Shown here: positions 20,595 to 24,647 of the stretch, one piece after another
How positions within the stretch are numbered: position 1 is the first letter of the stretch
Layout of the letters: each line of letters starts with the position of its first letter
Origin: Octopus sinensis
Lineage: Eukaryota
Reading direction: 5' to 3'
DNA: 24,647 bases
Assembly: GCF_006345805.1 (NCBI RefSeq)
Contig: NW_021836504.1
Location: 1 to 24,647, forward strand
Program-made: the position numbers and the translations under genes
The notes under the pieces: model-generated
Told to the model about the DNA's origin: nothing
The model's database searches: none
What the model saw: the letters and a program-made list of their open reading frames with translations, nothing else

Positions 20595-20991
20595 TCTTTA
20601 TATATAAAAGAGAGGTTGTGTGTCTGTCTCCTAGGATTTAGATTCCTAACTACTCCCACATTTTGCGGTGCAGTTTAACCAAAACCGGGTATCTTATAGT
20701 CGTGATTCATATCGAGCCCTTCTGGGTATTAGCGCGCGTCTACGATGAGTCTATGATTAAAAAAGAAAATTACCATCATTTTTTTCCATTTTAATGCATT
20801 TTTTCGCTATTATATAAGGGAAGTAACTCTCTAAAAATGTCTACGATGAGTCAACGATTTTTTAAAAAAATTACCATCATTTTTTTTCCATTTTTAATGC
20901 ATTTTTTTGCTATTTTTGGCTATAACTCTCTAAAAATGCTTATATAGTTATTTCCCTTACAAACCCGAGCAACGCTGGGCGATACTGCTAG
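20595..20991 (+). mobile_element. Complete non-autonomous Helitron (397 bp)
   Basis: A|TCTTTATATATAAAAG 5' end, subterminal hairpin CCCGAGCAACGCTGGG, CTAG|T 3' end, no TSD; internal ~100-bp tandem repeat (20738-20838, 20839-20938). Confidence 0.88.
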
Positions 20992-21104
20992 TTATTAGTA
21001 AAATAGTTGTGACTACAAAATGAAGTCGGTTTGGCGTAGACCAATGTAGAGCTATAGAATGTGACCCTAATACATTTTGTTTTTCTTTTTTCTTTTTTTC
21101 AAGT

Positions 21105-21378
21105 CTGATACTCATTCTGACGGTCTTTTTTTGCCAAACTGCCTGGCTACGTGGACGTAAACAAACCAAGGTTATCAAGCGGTGGTGGGGCCAAACACAG
21201 AGACACAGTATGACAACCGGTGTTGGTTTGTTTCCGTCTGCCAAAATCCACTCACAAGGCTTTGGTCGATCTGGGGCTATTGTAGAAGATATTTGCCCAT
21301 GGTGTCAATCACTGGGGCTAAACCCACAACCATGTGGTTGGGAAGCAAACTTCTTACCACACACCCACGACAGCGCCT
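21105..21378 (-). mobile_element. Old, diverged SINE family B copy
   Basis: AAATCCACTCACAAGGCTTTGGTCG and AACCATGTGGTTGGGAAGCAAACTTCTTACCAC. Confidence 0.75.
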
Positions 21379-21511
21379 AATTCTTTTTTTTTTCTTTTTT
21401 TTTTTTCTTTTGCTGCTCTTATAGTGTAAAAGGCAAAATGTCAGACTGTGGCAGGCAGTCATTCAGAGAAACTGGCGGACATACTGACAGTGAAACACTC
21501 TTAATACTTAC

Positions 21512-21566
21512 GTTTGAATCGTTGAATCCTGTCTACGACACCATTATCTGATGATTCCGTAGCTTC
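21512..21566 (-). CDS. Candidate 55-nt internal coding exon of an unidentified host gene
   Basis: ~70-nt polypyrimidine tract, aaacag| acceptor and a consensus |gtaagtat donor; only phase 0 is open: EATESSDNGVVDRIQRFK. Confidence 0.6.
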
Positions 21567-21777
21567 CTGTTTTGAAAGATAGGAAGAACGAAATAGGGTT
21601 GGGAGAAGAGGAGGATAAGAAAGGAAGAAAGAGAATATCTGGAAACCCTTGCTGCCATACAGCATTAACTGCTGGTTATTTAGCTTATTATTGTAGATAA
21701 GATGACCACCCACGTCTTATATGTCAGCATGTTTTGATTGGTTAGCTGGTTATCAGCTTGTTTTGATTGGATAGCCT

Positions 21778-22113
21778 GGCTCTCCGTCGGTGACGACGAC
21801 GAGTGCTCCAGTTGTTCCTATAAACGGAACAGCCTGCTCAAGAAATATCCTGAGCAGGCTGTTCCGTACAAGTGACTGAGCTCTGCACAAACATGCGTAC
21901 TTTTAATGTAGTTCTCAAGGAAATTCAGCGTGACATAGAATGTGACAACGCTGGCCTTCTTGAATTACAGGTACAACTAATTTTCGCCAGGTGATTGGAC
22001 TGGAGTGACATGAAAGAAAGTGTTTTGCTCAAGGCCACAACGCGCCTCCGGGAATCGAACTCACGACCTCACGATCGTTGGTCAAATGCCCTAACCACTA
22101 AGCCGCGCGCCTT
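21778..22113 (-). mobile_element. tRNA-derived SINE, family C (CORE-like)
   Basis: Head GGCGCGCGGCTTAGTGGTTAGGG, B box GAGTTCGATTCC, GGCCTTGAGCAAAACAC CORE-like motif; homologous to 22900-23211. Confidence 0.85.
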
Positions 22114-22145
22114 AGCTGGTTAGTTGGTTGTTAATGACTGAAGAA

Positions 22146-22295
22146 GCTGGCTTTTTGGCTGGTTAGTTGGTTGGCTGGTTGGTTGGCTGGTTGGCTGGTT
22201 GGCTGGCTGGTTGGCTGGTTGGCTGGTTGGCTGGATGGCTGGACGGGTAGATGCGTGCATGTGTGGCTTGCTGACTGGCTGGCTGGCTGGCTTAA
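22146..22295. repeat. (TGGY)n tetranucleotide repeat
   Basis: Direct reading. Confidence 0.9.
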
Positions 22296-22335
22296 CATAT
22301 TAATAACATTGGCATCGAGCTGGTACACAGAACAC

Positions 22336-22433
22336 AGAAAAGGGAGAAAGTAGATTGGTGGCCGATAAAATAGCGGAAGTTTGCTGTGTGGGCGATGTTT
22401 TTGATCCGGTTGATGAAACGGATCGCACAGGAA
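22336..22433 (-). CDS. Weak candidate exon (98 nt)
   Basis: Long polypyrimidine tract and tatccag| acceptor; open as VPVRSVSSTGSKTSPTQQTSAILSATNLLSPFS; donor (|gtgttc) is poor. Confidence 0.25.
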
Positions 22434-22700
22434 CTGGATATAAAAGAGAAAGAGGAGAAAGAGAGAATGAAAGCAGAAGGAGGAAGAAGAGGAATAAGAA
22501 TAGCAGAGGGTTTAAGGTGGAATTGAAAGAGGGAAAGAAAGGGTGAAGCAGGAGCAAGGCGTTGTTATTGTTTAAACCAATAGTTCATAACCATCTTTTA
22601 CCTATGGACCCCTTTGATTCCTATTTTGCTCAGGGGATGGGACCCTCATAACCATTCAAAGTCTTAAAACTCCTGTGCTATATTTAAGAGATCAGGAATT

Positions 22701-22853
22701 ATGTACATTATTTACATTATTTATATTTGACGGATATTTCTCCTTATCTCCTCATCTTGTTTGTTGTTAACACAACGTTTCGGCTGATATACCCTCCAAC
22801 CTACATCAGGTATCTTTTGAACATGTGTTCTCATTCCAAGGTATTTGCGATGT
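22701..22853 (-). mobile_element. Penelope-type repeat tail with a hammerhead motif
   Basis: Contains CTGATG..GGTTG/CAGCC..GAAACGTT; ends in AATAATGTA-type repeats. Confidence 0.6.
22769..22814 (-). ncRNA. Degenerate minimal type I hammerhead
   Basis: GAUAC-CUGAUG(U)A-GGUUG(GAGGGUAUAU)CAGCC-GAAACGUU^GUGUU: stems I and II pair, ACGU stem III, core position 9 altered. Confidence 0.6.
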
Positions 22854-22899
22854 TATTATTATTATTATTAGTATTAAATAAAAAAGAAGTCCCCTATAG

Positions 22900-23211
22900 T
22901 ACTCCGCGGTACGACGACGAGGGTCCCAGCTGATACGACCAATGGAAAGCTTGCTCGTGAAATTAACGTGCAAGTAACTGAGCAATTTACGGACATGTAC
23001 CCCTAACGTAGTTTTTAGGGAGATTCAGTGGACACAGAGTGTGACAAGGCTGACCCTTTGAAATACAAATACAACTAATTTTTGCCAGCTGAGTGGACTG
23101 GAGCAACGTGAAATAAAGTGACTTGCTCAAGGACTCAACGCGTCGCTGGGAATTGAACTCACCACCTTATAATCGTGAGCCGAATGCCCTAACCACTAAG
23201 CCACGCGCCTT
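22900..23211 (-). mobile_element. SINE family C, within an (AAT)n tract
   Basis: Head GGCGCGTGGCTTAGTGGTTAGGG, B box GAGTTCAATTCC, GTCCTTGAGCAAGTCAC CORE-like motif. Confidence 0.85.
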
Positions 23212-23214
23212 CAC

Positions 23215-23275
<61 letters not shown>

Positions 23276-23278
<3 letters not shown>

Positions 23279-23349
23279 ATCACTACCTGGAATCGAACTC
23301 GGAATCTTGGGGTTAGTAGCCCACGCTCTTAACCACTACACCATATGCC
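23276..23349 (-). mobile_element. tRNA-like SINE head followed by (AAT)n; not called as a functional tRNA
   Basis: GGCATATGGTGTAGTGGTTAAGAGCGTGGGCTACTAACCCCAAGATTCCGAGTTCGATTCCAGGTAGTGATCTG: A and B boxes, anticodon-like and T-like stems, but no paired acceptor stem. Confidence 0.7.
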
Positions 23350-23490
23350 TTGTGGGTGGATTTGATAGACAGAAACTGAAAGAAGCCCGTGATATATATA
23401 ATTATATATGTGTGTGCGTGTGTGTGTGTGTGCTTGTGTGTGTGTGGCCCCAACAGCGCTTGACAACCGATGCTAGTAGATTTTACGTGT
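23347..23490 (+). mobile_element. SINE family B internal fragment
   Basis: GCCTTGTGGGTGGATTTGATAGACAGAAACTGAAAGAAGCCCGT and CTTGACAACCGATGCT. Confidence 0.75.
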
Positions 23491-23577
23491 ATTTATGTAT
23501 ATGTATGTAATATAATATATAGCATATATATATATATATATATATATAATAAATAATATATATATATATATATATAG

Positions 23578-23653
<76 letters not shown>

Positions 23654-24278
23654 TACAGACGTACCGAACTGCGTAAACAACATGAAGTACGAAACAAACG
23701 AGTTAAATATGCAAACAACGAGAGAAAATTTTGGTGAACAAGACAAGTAACACAGAGAACGACTCTTCATCAGTTGTCAGCTGTCTATCTACACCCCATT
23801 TCGAGCGTTCAACGACAATATGAGCTTTCGGAAGCAGTTGCTCTCATAAATTCCAAATAAAATTTTGGATTTATGGAGAGTCAAAGTTGGGAACAAAAAC
23901 AGAACAGTGGAGACATACAAGGAAGCCAAACGAAAACAAACATGGAGGGTCGTTAGACCAGAACGATAGGAAAATCATGAACGCTGGGAGAAATATTTTC
24001 TTTGAAAAAAGAAAAGAGAGAAGAGAGATAAGGAAAACGTCCAATCATGAGCACGTCGAGCAGGAAAAGAAAGATGGTCACGTGGGGAAAAGAAAGTTGA
24101 ACGATGGTCACATGTAAGTAACAAGAGAGGGGAAAAAGAGCAAGAAGGGGAGAGAGAAGAAACGGTGAAGGGAAGAAAAAGGAAATAAGATAAGAATGGG
24201 GGAGAAAACTGTATAGAGTAGAGTTGCATCAAAAAGGTTAAGATAAACTTACTTGGACATGGATGCGTGGTGTTCAAT

Positions 24279-24329
<51 letters not shown>

Positions 24330-24332
<3 letters not shown>

Positions 24333-24595
24333 TTTCGCTCTTGCGTCTCACGTTTGATCTTTGACTTCTGGCCGGAATCAGATCGCCATGTTGATTCGCT
24401 AGCCTCTGCACGCTTTTTTTTTTCTCTCCTTGTTTCTCTCCGTGTTTCTTTTCTGTGTATCTTTCTGTTGAAGAGCGTAGGCTCGAAACGTAAAAGACTT
24501 GTTTTATTTCTATTCCTGAGCGCCATACTAATACAATTGTTTGTTTGTATTCCACCTGCCTTCGTCTTTTGTTTATTTTCATAAAGCTTCCCGTT
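24330..24595 (+). mobile_element. Penelope-type terminal-repeat fragment between (TA)n tracts
   Basis: Homologous to 6355-6518; carries a hammerhead motif. Confidence 0.6.
24460..24497 (+). ncRNA. Minimal type I hammerhead-like motif with a non-canonical core (CUGUUGA)
   Basis: UCUUU-CUGUUGA-A-GAGC(GUAG)GCUC-GAAACGUA^AAAGA: stem I 5 bp perfect, stem II 4 bp, ACGU stem III, GUA triplet, U at position 6. Confidence 0.6.
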
Positions 24596-24647
24596 ATATA
24601 TATATATATATATACATATGCATATATATATTGCCTTTATATATGCA

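Noticed and set aside
21548-21580. CTGATGA...GAAA as a hammerhead
   Set aside because: No stem II and no cleavage triplet with stem I; it is the antisense of the best exon candidate.
22575-22690. Possible hAT-type MITE end (CAATAGTTCATAACC..TATGGACCCC)
   Set aside because: No matching second terminus or 8-bp TSD found.
23655-24280. Possible Penelope-related repeat with CTGATGAAG on the minus strand (23765-23773)
   Set aside because: No GAAA or stem III follows, no second copy in the window and no recognisable ORF.

Overview
AT-rich animal genomic DNA, most likely an octopus or other cephalopod. This is inferred from the microsatellite load, the SINE families and the 5S sequence; no database was searched. 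Most of the window is nested transposon debris and microsatellites: several tRNA-derived SINE families (labelled A-D here), R4/Dong-like, RTE and CR1-type LINE fragments, Helitrons, MITEs, one full-length decayed mariner, Penelope-type repeats and an ~886-bp tandem duplication. A few short candidate exons suggest an unidentified minus-strand host gene. Nearly all long ORFs in the track are microsatellite artefacts. The strongest observations are: (1) a 360-nt retrozyme-like unit with an intact type I hammerhead ribozyme (10985-11040, minus strand), whose second copy ends exactly at the predicted cleavage site and folds back into an ~213-bp near-perfect inverted repeat; (2) a 5S rRNA copy fused to a retroposon tail, a candidate 5S-derived SINE; (3) a CR1-type LINE 3' end sharing a covarying stem-loop tail with two SINE types; (4) three more Penelope-type hammerheads, one apparently joined to a tRNA-like head.
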